Source: a candidate division WOR-3 bacterium (GTDB taxonomy: Bacteria; Hydrothermota; Tepidihabitantia; Tepidihabitantales; Tepidihabitantaceae). From it: 64,000 nt of DNA. The notes below the pieces were generated by a model. The model made no database searches, was not told where the DNA came from, and saw nothing but the letters and a program-made list of their open reading frames with translations. Where the stretch lies: NCBI GenBank assembly GCA_965649295.1, contig CBFGKH010000010.1, positions 1-64,000 of the forward strand. The letters are read 5' to 3'. How positions within the stretch are numbered: position 1 is the first letter of the stretch; every line of letters starts with the position of its first letter. This document shows positions 48,023-57,612 of the stretch, piece after piece. The position numbers and the translations under genes were made by a program.

Positions 48023-49897
48023 ATGGTCAAAACCGACTGGCGTGACAAGTATAAGGCCAAGATCAAAACCGCCACCCAAGCCCTGGATGTGCTCCGACCG
48101 GGGCACCGACTATTCATTGGCTCAGCCTGCGGCACACCGCAGAAACTTGTCCAGGCTCTTGCCGACTGCCCGACCGAGGATGTCGAGATAACCCATCTGC
48201 TTACGCTCGGCGTCGCCCCCTATGCCCAGGAGAAACTCGCCAGTCGCTATCGCGCAAATGCCTTCTTCATCAGCGCCAATGTCCGGCCTGCTGTTTGGGA
48301 GGGTCGTGCCGACTACACGCCCATCTTCCTGTCGGAAATCCCGGCACTGTTCAAGAGCGGCAGGCTACCCATTGACGTTGCACTGATTCATGTGACTCCT
48401 CCCGATGAGCACGGATTTTGCAGCTATGGGGTGTCGGTTGACATAACTAAACCAGCTGCCGAGTCAGCTCGCTACGTCATTGCTGAAGTGAATCCGCAGA
48501 TGCCACGCACGCTTGGCAACAGCTTCATTCATATCGATGAAATAGACTGCCTGGTCGAGAACGACGCACCACTCTACGAGTTCATAACGCCGGGCGAGAG
48601 CGAGGTCGCTCGCCGGATTGCCAAGAACGTGGCCGACCTGATCGAAGATGGTTCAACTATCCAGGTTGGCTACGGCGGCATTCCGAATGCGTTGCTGTCC
48701 TATCTCAAGGACAAGCGTGACCTTGGTGTCCACACCGAGGTGTTTTCAGATTCGGTAATTGACCTGATCGAGGCCGGTGTTATCAACAACCGCCGCAAGA
48801 CGCTCCATCCGGGCAAAGTGGTCGCATCGTTCGCCATGGGCAGCCAGCGACTGTTCGACTACATCGACAATAACCCAATGTTTGAGTTCCATCCGGTCGA
48901 CTACACGAACGACCCCTTTATCATTAGCCAGAACGACAAGATGGTCTCGATCAATTCAGCACTCGAAGTGGACCTTACCGGGCAAGTCTGTGCTGATTCA
49001 ATCGGTTACCACTTCTATTCCGGTATCGGCGGACAAGTTGACTTTGTACGCGGTGCAGCTCGCGCTCACGACGGCAAGGCAATTATCGTTCTCCGCTCAA
49101 CCCGCGATAACGACCGCTATTCCCGAATCGTACCAACTCTTACTGAAGGTGCTGGAGTCGTAACCTCCCGCGGCGACGTCCACTATGTCGTTACCGAATG
49201 GGGTGTTGCCTATCTCCACGGCAAGTCAATCCGTGAAAGGGCGCTTGCCCTAATCTCAATCGCCCATCCCAAGTTCCGGGCCGAGCTGTTCAAGCTGGCC
49301 AAGGACAAACACTACATCTACGCCGACCAACCCGAACTACCCCTGGTTCATGCTCGCTATCCAGAAGAATTCGAAGCTCCCGCAACAATGAAGGACGGCA
49401 CGCCAATCTTCCTCCGGCCGATCAAGCCGACCGACGAACCAGCGATGCGTGAACTATTCTACTCCTTTTCCAAAGACACTGTCTTCTACCGGTTCTTCAG
49501 CTATCTCAAAGCGATGCCCCACGAGAAACTATCCAAGTTCGTCAACGTTGACTACGAATCGGAAATGGCGATTGTCGCCGTCCTCAAACAAGCTGGTGAG
49601 GAACACATCATCGGCTCGGCACGGTACTATGTTGACCGCGCCACTGGCCTAGCCGAATACGCGATCGAGGTGCGGGACGATTTCCAGAACAAAGGCGTCG
49701 GCAACGCGCTCTTTAGCCATCTCATCCGCATCGCCAAGATGAAAGGCATCAAGGGTTTTGTCGGCTACGTTCTCGACTCCAATACTCGTGCCTACCGCCT
49801 GATGACTCGCACCGGCTACCCGATCGAAACAAAGTGGGAAGACGGCGTTTACACGTTGACGATGCGCTGGTCAGACCAGACAACCAAATCCAAGTAA
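48023..49897 (+). CDS. Acetyl-CoA hydrolase/CoA-transferase fused to a GNAT domain
   Basis: LGVHTE, EVDLTGQV, SGIGGQVDFVRGA, VVTEWG, then FLRPIKPTD..FQNKGVG; SD GGAGG. Confidence 0.93.
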   Translation: MVKTDWRDKYKAKIKTATQALDVLRPGHRLFIGSACGTPQKLVQALADCPTEDVEITHLLTLGVAPYAQEKLASRYRANAFFISANVRPAVWEGRADYTPIFLSEIPALFKSGRLPIDVALIHVTPPDEHGFCSYGVSVDITKPAAESARYVIAEVNPQMPRTLGNSFIHIDEIDCLVENDAPLYEFITPGESEVARRIAKNVADLIEDGSTIQVGYGGIPNALLSYLKDKRDLGVHTEVFSDSVIDLIEAGVINNRRKTLHPGKVVASFAMGSQRLFDYIDNNPMFEFHPVDYTNDPFIISQNDKMVSINSALEVDLTGQVCADSIGYHFYSGIGGQVDFVRGAARAHDGKAIIVLRSTRDNDRYSRIVPTLTEGAGVVTSRGDVHYVVTEWGVAYLHGKSIRERALALISIAHPKFRAELFKLAKDKHYIYADQPELPLVHARYPEEFEAPATMKDGTPIFLRPIKPTDEPAMRELFYSFSKDTVFYRFFSYLKAMPHEKLSKFVNVDYESEMAIVAVLKQAGEEHIIGSARYYVDRATGLAEYAIEVRDDFQNKGVGNALFSHLIRIAKMKGIKGFVGYVLDSNTRAYRLMTRTGYPIETKWEDGVYTLTMRWSDQTTKSK

Positions 49898-49909
49898 GGG
49901 CGTCGCACT

Positions 49910-52042
49910 ATGGAAAGTAGCAACCTCGATTGTATCTTCCGCCCGAAATCGGTTGCAGTTATTGGCGCATCCAACCGTGAAGGATCAGTCGGCCGAGCCC
50001 TTTTCGCCAACATTCTGATGAATGGTTACACCGGTGTCGTCTATCCTGTAAATATGACTGCCAAGAGCGTGCTCGGCGTCAAGGCCTATGAGTCGGTCCT
50101 ACAGGTACCAGACGAAGTCGAACTTGCCGTTCTCATCGTACCGGCCTTGGCAGTTCCGGCAACTCTGGCCGAGTGTGGCCAAAAGAAAGTAAAAGGCGCT
50201 GTTGTCATTTCCGCCGGTTTCAAAGAACTCGGCCCCAGCGGTGCCCAGCTCGAACAAGCGGTCCGTGACCGCGCTCGCAAGTGGGGCATCCGTCTCATTG
50301 GACCCAACTGTTTTGGCGTAATTGACGGCAGTCCTCAGGTCAGACTCAACGCAACGTTTGGGCGGTCAATGCCGACCTTCGGTAACATTGCTCTCGTCTC
50401 TCAATCCGGAGCAATTGGCGTCAATGCTCTGGAATATGCGATCGCCGAAGAAGTCGGACTGTCGAAGTTTGCTTCCATCGGCAACAAGGCTGACATCAAC
50501 GAAAACGACTTACTCGCCTACCTGCGCGACGACCCTGAAACCGATGTCATCATGCTCTATCTCGAAGACCTGGTGAACCCAGCCGAGTTCCTGCGCATCG
50601 CCCGCGAGACCACATCGCATCCTCAGAAACCAAAACCGATACTTGCCATCAAGGCTGGTCGCACCAGCGAGGGGGCTCGTGCTGCCAGTTCACATACCGG
50701 TGCCTTGGCCGGCTCAGATGAAGCCTACAATGCCTTTTTTGCTCAAGCCCGCATCCTCCGTGTCGAAACGATCAATGAACTCTTCGCCAAGGCGGCAGCG
50801 CTCGCGTATCAACCACGGCCGCGTGGTCGCCGCGTTGCAATTCTGACCAACGCTGGCGGCGTCGGAATAATGGCTACCGACGCGGCTGTGCGCTATGGTC
50901 TTGAACTCGCCAAGCTAAGTGACAAGACCCGTGCCGAGCTGAAGAAGCACCTGCCGGTCACTGCCGCAACTGCCAACCCGGTTGATGTCATCGGTGACGC
51001 CGATGCCAAACGTTATCGCACCGCCCTTGAGCTGCTCGTTGCCGATGAGAATGTTGACGGGCTGATACCCATCTGGACTCCGACGTTGATGGCCGAGTCA
51101 ACCGAAATCGCTGGCATCATTGCTGACGTCGGCCAGAAGTCCGACAAGCCAATCCTCGCTTGCGTCCAGACGATGATGGGTTCAGAACAGGTACGCCGGC
51201 AACTTTTGCGCGACCGCATCCCTCACTACCAGTTCCCCGAAAACGCAGCCCGGGCAATGGCAGCGATGGCCGAATTCAGCGAGTGGAGTCGCCGACCGCA
51301 AGGTGAGGTCCGCCACTTTGAACATACCAATCCGGAAACAGTGCGTGCGATCATTGCTCGCGCCCGTGAACGCGGCGGCAAGAACCCGGCCTTCGTTTCC
51401 GAACCAGAAGGGCATGAGATCCTACGCGCCTACGGAATGCCAGTACCGCCATCACGGCTGACCAAAAGCGCCGATGAAGCGATTGGATTTGCTCGTGAAA
51501 TCGGTTACCCAGTCGTCATCAAGATAGTCTCGCCGCAGATTCTGCACAAGACCGATGTCGGCGGGGTGCGCGTCGGCATTACCGACGACGACAGCCTAAG
51601 CAAGGAATACGCCGGCCTGCTCGAAGCAGTCAAGCTGCGCAAACCGGATGCAGAGGTCTGGGGAGTCGTCGTCCAGAAGATGGTTCCCAAGGGCACCGAG
51701 ACTATTATCGGAATGAAGCGTGACCCCAGCTTCGGACCGTTACTGATGTTCGGCCTCGGTGGTATTTTGGTCGAGGTGCTCAAAGACGTGATGTTTCGAG
51801 TGGCGCCTGTCAATGACCTATCGGTAGAATCGATGGTCACCGGCATCAAGGCCGCGAAGATACTCCAGGGTTATCGCGGTGAACCACCGCGTGACGTGCC
51901 AGCAATCAAAGAAGCCATTCAACGGCTCTCACAGCTTGTAACCGACTTCAAGGACTTTGACGAAATTGACATCAATCCGTTGATGGTCTACGAAGTCGGC
52001 AAGGGCGCCGCAGTTCTCGACGCTAGATTCCTGATCCGCTAG
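49910..52042 (+). CDS. acdAB: ADP-forming acetate/acyl-CoA ligase, alpha-beta fusion
   Basis: PKSVAVIGAS, GPNCFG, SQSG, phospho-His SHTG, NAGG, HKTDVGGV, DINPL. Confidence 0.92.
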   Translation: MESSNLDCIFRPKSVAVIGASNREGSVGRALFANILMNGYTGVVYPVNMTAKSVLGVKAYESVLQVPDEVELAVLIVPALAVPATLAECGQKKVKGAVVISAGFKELGPSGAQLEQAVRDRARKWGIRLIGPNCFGVIDGSPQVRLNATFGRSMPTFGNIALVSQSGAIGVNALEYAIAEEVGLSKFASIGNKADINENDLLAYLRDDPETDVIMLYLEDLVNPAEFLRIARETTSHPQKPKPILAIKAGRTSEGARAASSHTGALAGSDEAYNAFFAQARILRVETINELFAKAAALAYQPRPRGRRVAILTNAGGVGIMATDAAVRYGLELAKLSDKTRAELKKHLPVTAATANPVDVIGDADAKRYRTALELLVADENVDGLIPIWTPTLMAESTEIAGIIADVGQKSDKPILACVQTMMGSEQVRRQLLRDRIPHYQFPENAARAMAAMAEFSEWSRRPQGEVRHFEHTNPETVRAIIARARERGGKNPAFVSEPEGHEILRAYGMPVPPSRLTKSADEAIGFAREIGYPVVIKIVSPQILHKTDVGGVRVGITDDDSLSKEYAGLLEAVKLRKPDAEVWGVVVQKMVPKGTETIIGMKRDPSFGPLLMFGLGGILVEVLKDVMFRVAPVNDLSVESMVTGIKAAKILQGYRGEPPRDVPAIKEAIQRLSQLVTDFKDFDEIDINPLMVYEVGKGAAVLDARFLIR

Positions 52043-52166
52043 TCCACTACTCCTGCCGGCCACAAAGCGACGAGGCCGAGCAGAAAATGCCCGGCCCCGT
52101 ACCAATCGCGCCCGAAGCGCGATGTTCAGCACTAACCCGTACCCCCTGGGTGCTCTGTGGTGCTGA

Positions 52167-52239
52167 TGGAGCTGACCAGAGTCGAACTGGCGACCCCCTG
52201 CTTGCAAAGCAGGTGCTCTCCCAACTGAGCTACAGCCCC
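52167..52239 (-). tRNA. tRNA-Ala(TGC)
   Basis: GGGGCTG acceptor with G3:U70, anticodon TGC, TTCGA T-loop; CCA not encoded. Confidence 0.97.
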
Positions 52240-52347
52240 GGATGTATTCGTCTGCCTGAATCTTAGTCTGCCAAGCGATTATGGTCAAGCTACTCGGTTC
52301 GACGTCTGGAAGTTGACTCAATACCGTCCGTGATTAGATTGATTCTA

Positions 52348-53304
52348 ATGGCAGACCCGACCGCAGTTCAGCTGCGCAAAGAACGCGGCGTCACCATCTG
52401 GGGAATGGTGGTCAACCTCCTTCTCAGCGTGGGCAAGATTGCTGTCGGGCTGCTTGCCCGTTCGAGCGCAATTGTTGCGGATGGCCTACACAGCGCTTCT
52501 GACTTAGCCAGCGACATCGCCGTCCTCTGGGGAATTCATGCGGCCAAACAACCGGCGGACGATGACCACCACTATGGTCACGCACGCTACGAACCAATAG
52601 TCACACTCTTTGTCGGTGTTTTGCTTATTGCCGCGGCACTTGTCGTCGGCATTGAAGCAGTCGCGACCATTGGCCAACGTCATGCCGGCATTGCCAATTG
52701 GTGGCCATTCTGGCTTGCCATCGCCTCAATCGTTGTCAAAGAGTCACTCTACTGGTGGACAAGGTCCGTCGGTCGCCGTTTCCGCAACCCGGCGCTACTG
52801 GCCAACGCTTGGCATCATCGGTCAGATGCCTTCTCGTCAGTCGCAGCTGCGATTGGCATCGGCGGCACATTGCTCGGCGGCGCACGATGGGCATTTCTCG
52901 ATCATCTCACCGCAGTTGTGCTGGCGGCGTTCCTTGTTGTTATCGGCATCCGTATCTGTCGCGACTCATTACGCCGGCTCTCTGATCGAGCGCCCGACCC
53001 AGCGGCAGTCCGTCAACTCCAAGACACCATCCGCCAGATTCCCGGAGTCATCGATTTCCATGCCCTGCGGGCACGCCACGCCGGCGCCGGCGACCTAATT
53101 GAAATGGACGTTCATGTCCAAGTTGACCCTAACCTGACCGTCCATGCTGGCCATCTCATCGCCACAGCGGTTGAGGAACAGCTCTATGCCAGCAACGCTG
53201 ATGTTGCCAACGTCGTTGTCCACATCGAACCCGCCGCGGCCGAAGCCGCGAGCCTAGAAGCGCCCGCCAATACCGAAAAGCGGAATAAAAGGAATACCGG
53301 TTGA
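52348..53304 (+). CDS. Cation diffusion facilitator (FieF-like)
   Basis: ADGLHSASD, HHYGH, AWHHRSD, VVVHIEP. Confidence 0.93.
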   Translation: MADPTAVQLRKERGVTIWGMVVNLLLSVGKIAVGLLARSSAIVADGLHSASDLASDIAVLWGIHAAKQPADDDHHYGHARYEPIVTLFVGVLLIAAALVVGIEAVATIGQRHAGIANWWPFWLAIASIVVKESLYWWTRSVGRRFRNPALLANAWHHRSDAFSSVAAAIGIGGTLLGGARWAFLDHLTAVVLAAFLVVIGIRICRDSLRRLSDRAPDPAAVRQLQDTIRQIPGVIDFHALRARHAGAGDLIEMDVHVQVDPNLTVHAGHLIATAVEEQLYASNADVANVVVHIEPAAAEAASLEAPANTEKRNKRNTG

Positions 53305-55452
53305 CTGACCGGTGATAATACGACCGTCACGATCCTCAAACTGCACCAGATAGTAGGCATTCTGGCGATTATAGACGTTGAGAATCTCCAAGTAGATATG
53401 AGGTCGCAGAGGCAACTTAGGTAAGTCACGCCGCAGCTTCAGGTCCAGCCGGTGATACAGCGGAACGCGAGCCGAATTCTTCTCACCGACGATCACGTGT
53501 CGTGAAGTGCCCCGGTTCAGGTCAGCATTACCGACACGCTCCTGCGGGGACTGAGTGTATAGCAGCGGCGTGTACGGCACACCGCTGTTGAGGTTGAAAG
53601 TACCGGACAGTGTCCAACCACTGCCCAAGTCCTTCTCCACCGACAACCCAAACTGGTGGCGCCGATCATTGCGGTCCCAATAGAGCATCGTGTCAGTACC
53701 CTGCTGCTTGCGAGTTGCTGCCAGTGTATAGCTCAACCAGCCGCTCCAGCCATTGACCGGCCCCTGCTCGAGTGTTAGCTCCATCCCGCGAGCAAAACCT
53801 CGGCCCGCATTGCCAACTCCGTCTATTCGACCTTGGTCACTAGCCCGCCAGGTCGGCAACCGCTCGTACTCCTTAAGATATAAATCAACGGTCAGCCGCG
53901 TGCGTTCAAACAGCCGCAGTTCACTTCCGAGCGAATAATGGTCGGCCAGTTTTGCGCCGAGCAAGCCATTCTCAAAAAGCTGATAACTCTCATACTCCCG
54001 GTCAAAGACAAAAGCAGCACACGAACTCCGCAAGAAACTGTAGGAGTGCTGAAAGTGCCGCCGATACCCGGCCCGCAGCGTGATTCGATCACGCACGAAC
54101 ACACTAAGTACGGCACGCGGCGACAGTACCTGATCCTCTGCCCAGCGAACATTCTCATAACGCAATCCGAAGTCTAACCGCGCCAAGGGCAGCGGCTGAA
54201 ATCCTAGCGAACCGTAAAACGCGTAGCCATTGTCACTTCTCAGTAGAACGGTCGGCTTCATCAAATTGCCCCGATAGGTCTGACGACTGAGTTCACCACC
54301 GAATGCGGTTGTCATGAGCGGGCCCACCGGCATTGTCACTCCAACGCGCACCCCGTACTCATGCTGTCGAGTCACGGCCGTACCCCACCAGACTGCTGGC
54401 GTCAGCACGAAGTCGTGGGTATTCGAAAAGAGCGTCGCCAAGGACGTTCCCTTGCCCAGTCTTGACTCAATCGTCGCACCCAACGAAAAGCCAGACTCGG
54501 TCATTTCCGTTGGAATCCCACGCAGCGTGGATGTGATGTGGTCAGAACCCTGGACCGCTGTGGCTCTCAGCCGACTGCTTTGTCCCAACGGCAGACCCAC
54601 CTGACCGGTGAAATCCGAATAGCTCGGCCGATTGTAGGTACCACCGCCGATTGGTCCGAACAACACGTTGTAGTACGTCCGCCGCACCGAGCCAAGGAAA
54701 CCGATGTCTGCCAGATTCCCGACATAGGCCGCTTTGAGATTAAGCGGGTCATAGGCCCAGAAACCCTCGTTCTGCTCCTGCTCCTTGGGCCGCATCACCG
54801 CGATGCTTGACAAGACTCCTCCATACTCCGTCGGCAGCACACTGGGATAGAACGATATCTTGCCAACGATGTCGGGATTGATGACAGAAGAAAAACCCAG
54901 CAGATGATATGGCCAGAGTAGCTCGAGGTCGCCCAGCCAAACTGAGCTCTCATCAGGGTCACCGCCCCTTACAACATAGGCACCGCTCCACTCTCCCCGC
55001 GAGCTCGCTGCCACGCCGGGCAAGAACGACAACGAACGAATCGGGTCCTGCACGAACCCGCCGGCCTGACGTTCGAGCCGCTGCGCTGGTATCTCGCGCA
55101 CTGTCAATTTCTCCTCAGCCTCGCGCCTTGCCGACCTCGTCCGTACCTCCGGCATCGGAATCACTTTGGGTGTAAGTGACAGCACTTGCCGAGATGTGTA
55201 GTCGGCGAACACCTCGACCACGGTTGTCTCGGACTCATAGGCAATGTGACTTGCAACCAGCCGATACCTGCCCGGCGCCAGCGGCCCAAGCACAAAAGTA
55301 CCGTTGTCAGCGGTAGCAGCACCAAGACTGCTGCCGACAATTGTGAGGCTTGCGCCCGCGATGGGCGCTCCGTTCAGCCGGTCTTCAACGCGGCCACTCA
55401 AGAGGCCGGTCGCGCCAGCCGCCAAAATGATTGTAATGAGACTAGCGAACAA
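53254..55452 (-). CDS. TonB-dependent outer-membrane receptor
   Basis: CarboxypepD-like N-terminal domain, plug LPGV..VRGG, RLDL..NVYN, terminal Phe; TTG start. Confidence 0.88.
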   Translation of the reverse strand: MFASLITIILAAGATGLLSGRVEDRLNGAPIAGASLTIVGSSLGAATADNGTFVLGPLAPGRYRLVASHIAYESETTVVEVFADYTSRQVLSLTPKVIPMPEVRTRSARREAEEKLTVREIPAQRLERQAGGFVQDPIRSLSFLPGVAASSRGEWSGAYVVRGGDPDESSVWLGDLELLWPYHLLGFSSVINPDIVGKISFYPSVLPTEYGGVLSSIAVMRPKEQEQNEGFWAYDPLNLKAAYVGNLADIGFLGSVRRTYYNVLFGPIGGGTYNRPSYSDFTGQVGLPLGQSSRLRATAVQGSDHITSTLRGIPTEMTESGFSLGATIESRLGKGTSLATLFSNTHDFVLTPAVWWGTAVTRQHEYGVRVGVTMPVGPLMTTAFGGELSRQTYRGNLMKPTVLLRSDNGYAFYGSLGFQPLPLARLDFGLRYENVRWAEDQVLSPRAVLSVFVRDRITLRAGYRRHFQHSYSFLRSSCAAFVFDREYESYQLFENGLLGAKLADHYSLGSELRLFERTRLTVDLYLKEYERLPTWRASDQGRIDGVGNAGRGFARGMELTLEQGPVNGWSGWLSYTLAATRKQQGTDTMLYWDRNDRRHQFGLSVEKDLGSGWTLSGTFNLNSGVPYTPLLYTQSPQERVGNADLNRGTSRHVIVGEKNSARVPLYHRLDLKLRRDLPKLPLRPHIYLEILNVYNRQNAYYLVQFEDRDGRIITGQSTGIPFIPLFGIGGRF

Positions 55453-55533
55453 ACACGGTGACTACTCGATAGTGTCTCAGTCTAGCAGATTCAGTCCAAT
55501 TGGTCAACTGTACGTGTAGCCGCAGAGCGATAT

Positions 55534-56838
55534 TGTCATAGGGTAATGGCAAAGCGATTATGTCATACCCCGGGGTGGAAGCCGCTATGCTGGTAGCATG
55601 TCACAGCCAGCCAGCTTCTCTGAGCGAGACATGAGACGCTACAGCGTCATCCAGCAGACCATCCAGGCCGCACTCAGCACTGCCGTTGCCGCCAGGTTGC
55701 TCGACCTCAGTCGCCGCCAAGTCTTCCGTCTCAAGGCCGACGTCCGCAGACACGGTCCCGATGGTGTCCGCCACGGCAACTGCGGCCGTACCCCGGCCAA
55801 TGCCAAGCCGCAGCGTCTTCGCCGCCAGGTCGTCGATGGCTACCGTAAGGAATGCTCCGTCTTCAACTTCGCCCACTTCACCGAGACCTTGGCCGATGAG
55901 TTTGCGATCAACCTGAGCCGCGAGACCGTCCGGGCCTGACTCCGAGCCGAATCGCTCGGTCCAAAGCAGCACCATGACCATCACCATCGCCGCTTCCGTG
56001 AGCGCAAGCCTCGCTTCGGGATGATGCTGTTCCTCGACGGCAGCCTGCATCCCTGGCTCGGCACCGATCGGCCGTCACTCACTCTCATCCTTGCCACCGA
56101 TGACGCCACCGGCCGGCCCCTGCAGGGGCTCTTTGTACCCGAGGAGACACGCGATGCCTGCTTCGAAGTGCTCCCCCACGTCTGCCGTCGCCACGGCCTG
56201 CCCGAGAGCCTCTACCTCGACCGCGCCGGCCAGTTTAACACTACCCGCCACGGCGGCACCCATGCCTTCCAGCGCGACGACAAACCCACCCATTTCGAAA
56301 TCGCCATGGACCGACTCGCCGTCCAGCTCATCTTTGCCAACAGCCCCCAAGCCCGCGGCCGCGGCGAGCGGATCAACGGCACCTTTCAGGGCCGGCTGGT
56401 CGCCGAGCTGCGCCGAGCCGGCATCAGAACCGCTGCCGCTGCCACCGACTATCTCAACCGCGTCTTCATCCCCAACTACGCCCGGCGGTTCGGAGTCAAA
56501 CCCCGGGACCCGGCACCCGCCTTCCTTAGGCTGCCGGCCGGTATCAACCTGCACGCCATCCGCTGCGCCCACCACCGCCGCAACGTCGACAATGACAACA
56601 CCATCAGTCTCCACGGAGCCCGCTACCAGTTGCTGCCGTCACGGCGGACCGTCCGGCTCGCCGCAACCGACGGCGACGTCCCGCAGTGGTTTGACGGCAT
56701 GATCCGCGTCCGGCACGAACGGACCGAAGCGATAGCAGCCGTCCTACTGCCAGACAGGCACATGCCGCAGTGTCGCCCAAAGCGGACTCTCTATGACGTT
56801 TCCGCTGCGGTGGCGGTATTATACGCTGCAGTTTGACA
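55534..56838 (+). mobile_element. ISNCY/IS1202-like insertion sequence, inactivated
   Basis: TGTCA...TGACA ends, repeated (T)GTCATA subterminal motifs, DDE transposase; no target duplication seen. Confidence 0.8.
55598..56836 (+). pseudogene. DDE transposase interrupted by one in-frame TGA (55937-55939)
   Basis: HTH LSRRQVFRL, HGN.GR, ETVRA*LR, then in-frame LDGS, DDATG, LYLDR, RGERINGTFQGRL. Confidence 0.88.
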
Positions 56839-56919
56839 GAGTAGCAACCGAGGTCTATGTGCAGCGGGAGTGCCAGTTCTGGACAACTGGCAGCTGACGA
56901 CTATACTTGAGCCAGTGAC

Positions 56920-56994
56920 GGTGAGTGTAGCTCAACTGGTTAGAGTACCTGACTGTGGCTCAGGATGTTGGGGGTTCAAGTCCCCTCACTCACC
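56920..56994 (+). tRNA. tRNA-His(GTG)
   Basis: G-1, GTGAGTG/CACTCAC acceptor, anticodon GTG, C73. Confidence 0.96.
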
Positions 56995-57061
56995 CTTTGT
57001 CAGTCGTGCTGCGGGCAACTGTTGCAAGAACCGTTTCGCGTGCTAGAATGCACGCCGCCAA

Positions 57062-57135
57062 GCGCCCGTAGCTCAACTGGACAGAGCGCCGGGCTTCGAA
57101 CCCGTAGGCTGCGCGTTCGAGTCGCGCCGGGCGCA
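57062..57135 (+). tRNA. tRNA-Arg(TCG)
   Basis: GCGCCCG/CGGGCGC acceptor, anticodon loop CTTCGAA. Confidence 0.93.
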
Positions 57136-57196
57136 ATGGTGTCTTTGACACCGACGGCCTGAAGCGCTATGATTCGCTTCGGGTCTGACAATCTGT

Positions 57197-57270
57197 GCCC
57201 CGCTAGCTCAACTTGGCAGAGCAACGGATTCTTAATCCGTGGGTTGCAAGTTCAATTCTTGCGCGGGGTA
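57197..57270 (+). tRNA. tRNA-Lys(CTT)
   Basis: GCCCCGC/GCGGGGT acceptor, ACGGA-TTCTTAA-TCCGT anticodon arm. Confidence 0.93.
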
Positions 57271-57302
57271 TTCTCTGCTTGCCTTCTCTAAAAGGAGTCT
57301 CT

Positions 57303-57605
57303 CTGGCCGAACCGGTATTGCAACTCCAAGACGTTGACAGTAGGCTCAAATCGCGCTGGCTTGCCATCATCGATATCCTCTACCTCACCCAGGTCACCTG
57401 GCTCTATCTTCTTGCTGCCATCTACCCGTTTGTCGGTATCCTGTATGGAATCCTACTGCTGGCTGGTGGAATAGACCCGAAAACCAAGCGCATTGGCCGC
57501 GTCTGCTTGATAATTGGCATCATCAATACAGCCTTGGTCATTGCCATCCTAATTGTCGTCGTAATCGTTGGTCTAGCCGGTACGCTCGCAGCCGTCAGGA
57601 GTTAG
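57303..57605 (+). CDS. Small hypothetical membrane protein
   Basis: Two or three hydrophobic segments; SD AAAGGAG precedes an in-frame CTG at 57303. Confidence 0.7.
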   Translation: MAEPVLQLQDVDSRLKSRWLAIIDILYLTQVTWLYLLAAIYPFVGILYGILLLAGGIDPKTKRIGRVCLIIGIINTALVIAILIVVVIVGLAGTLAAVRS

Positions 57606-57612
57606 TCGAACC

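Noticed and set aside
53254..53304. 51-bp convergent overlap between the CDF and TonB receptor genes
   Set aside because: Likely a simple C-terminal run-on of the CDF; no evidence of function.
55937..55939. Possible TGA recoding (Trp or Sec)
   Set aside because: TGA ends many genes in this window; a nonsense mutation in a decaying IS is simpler.
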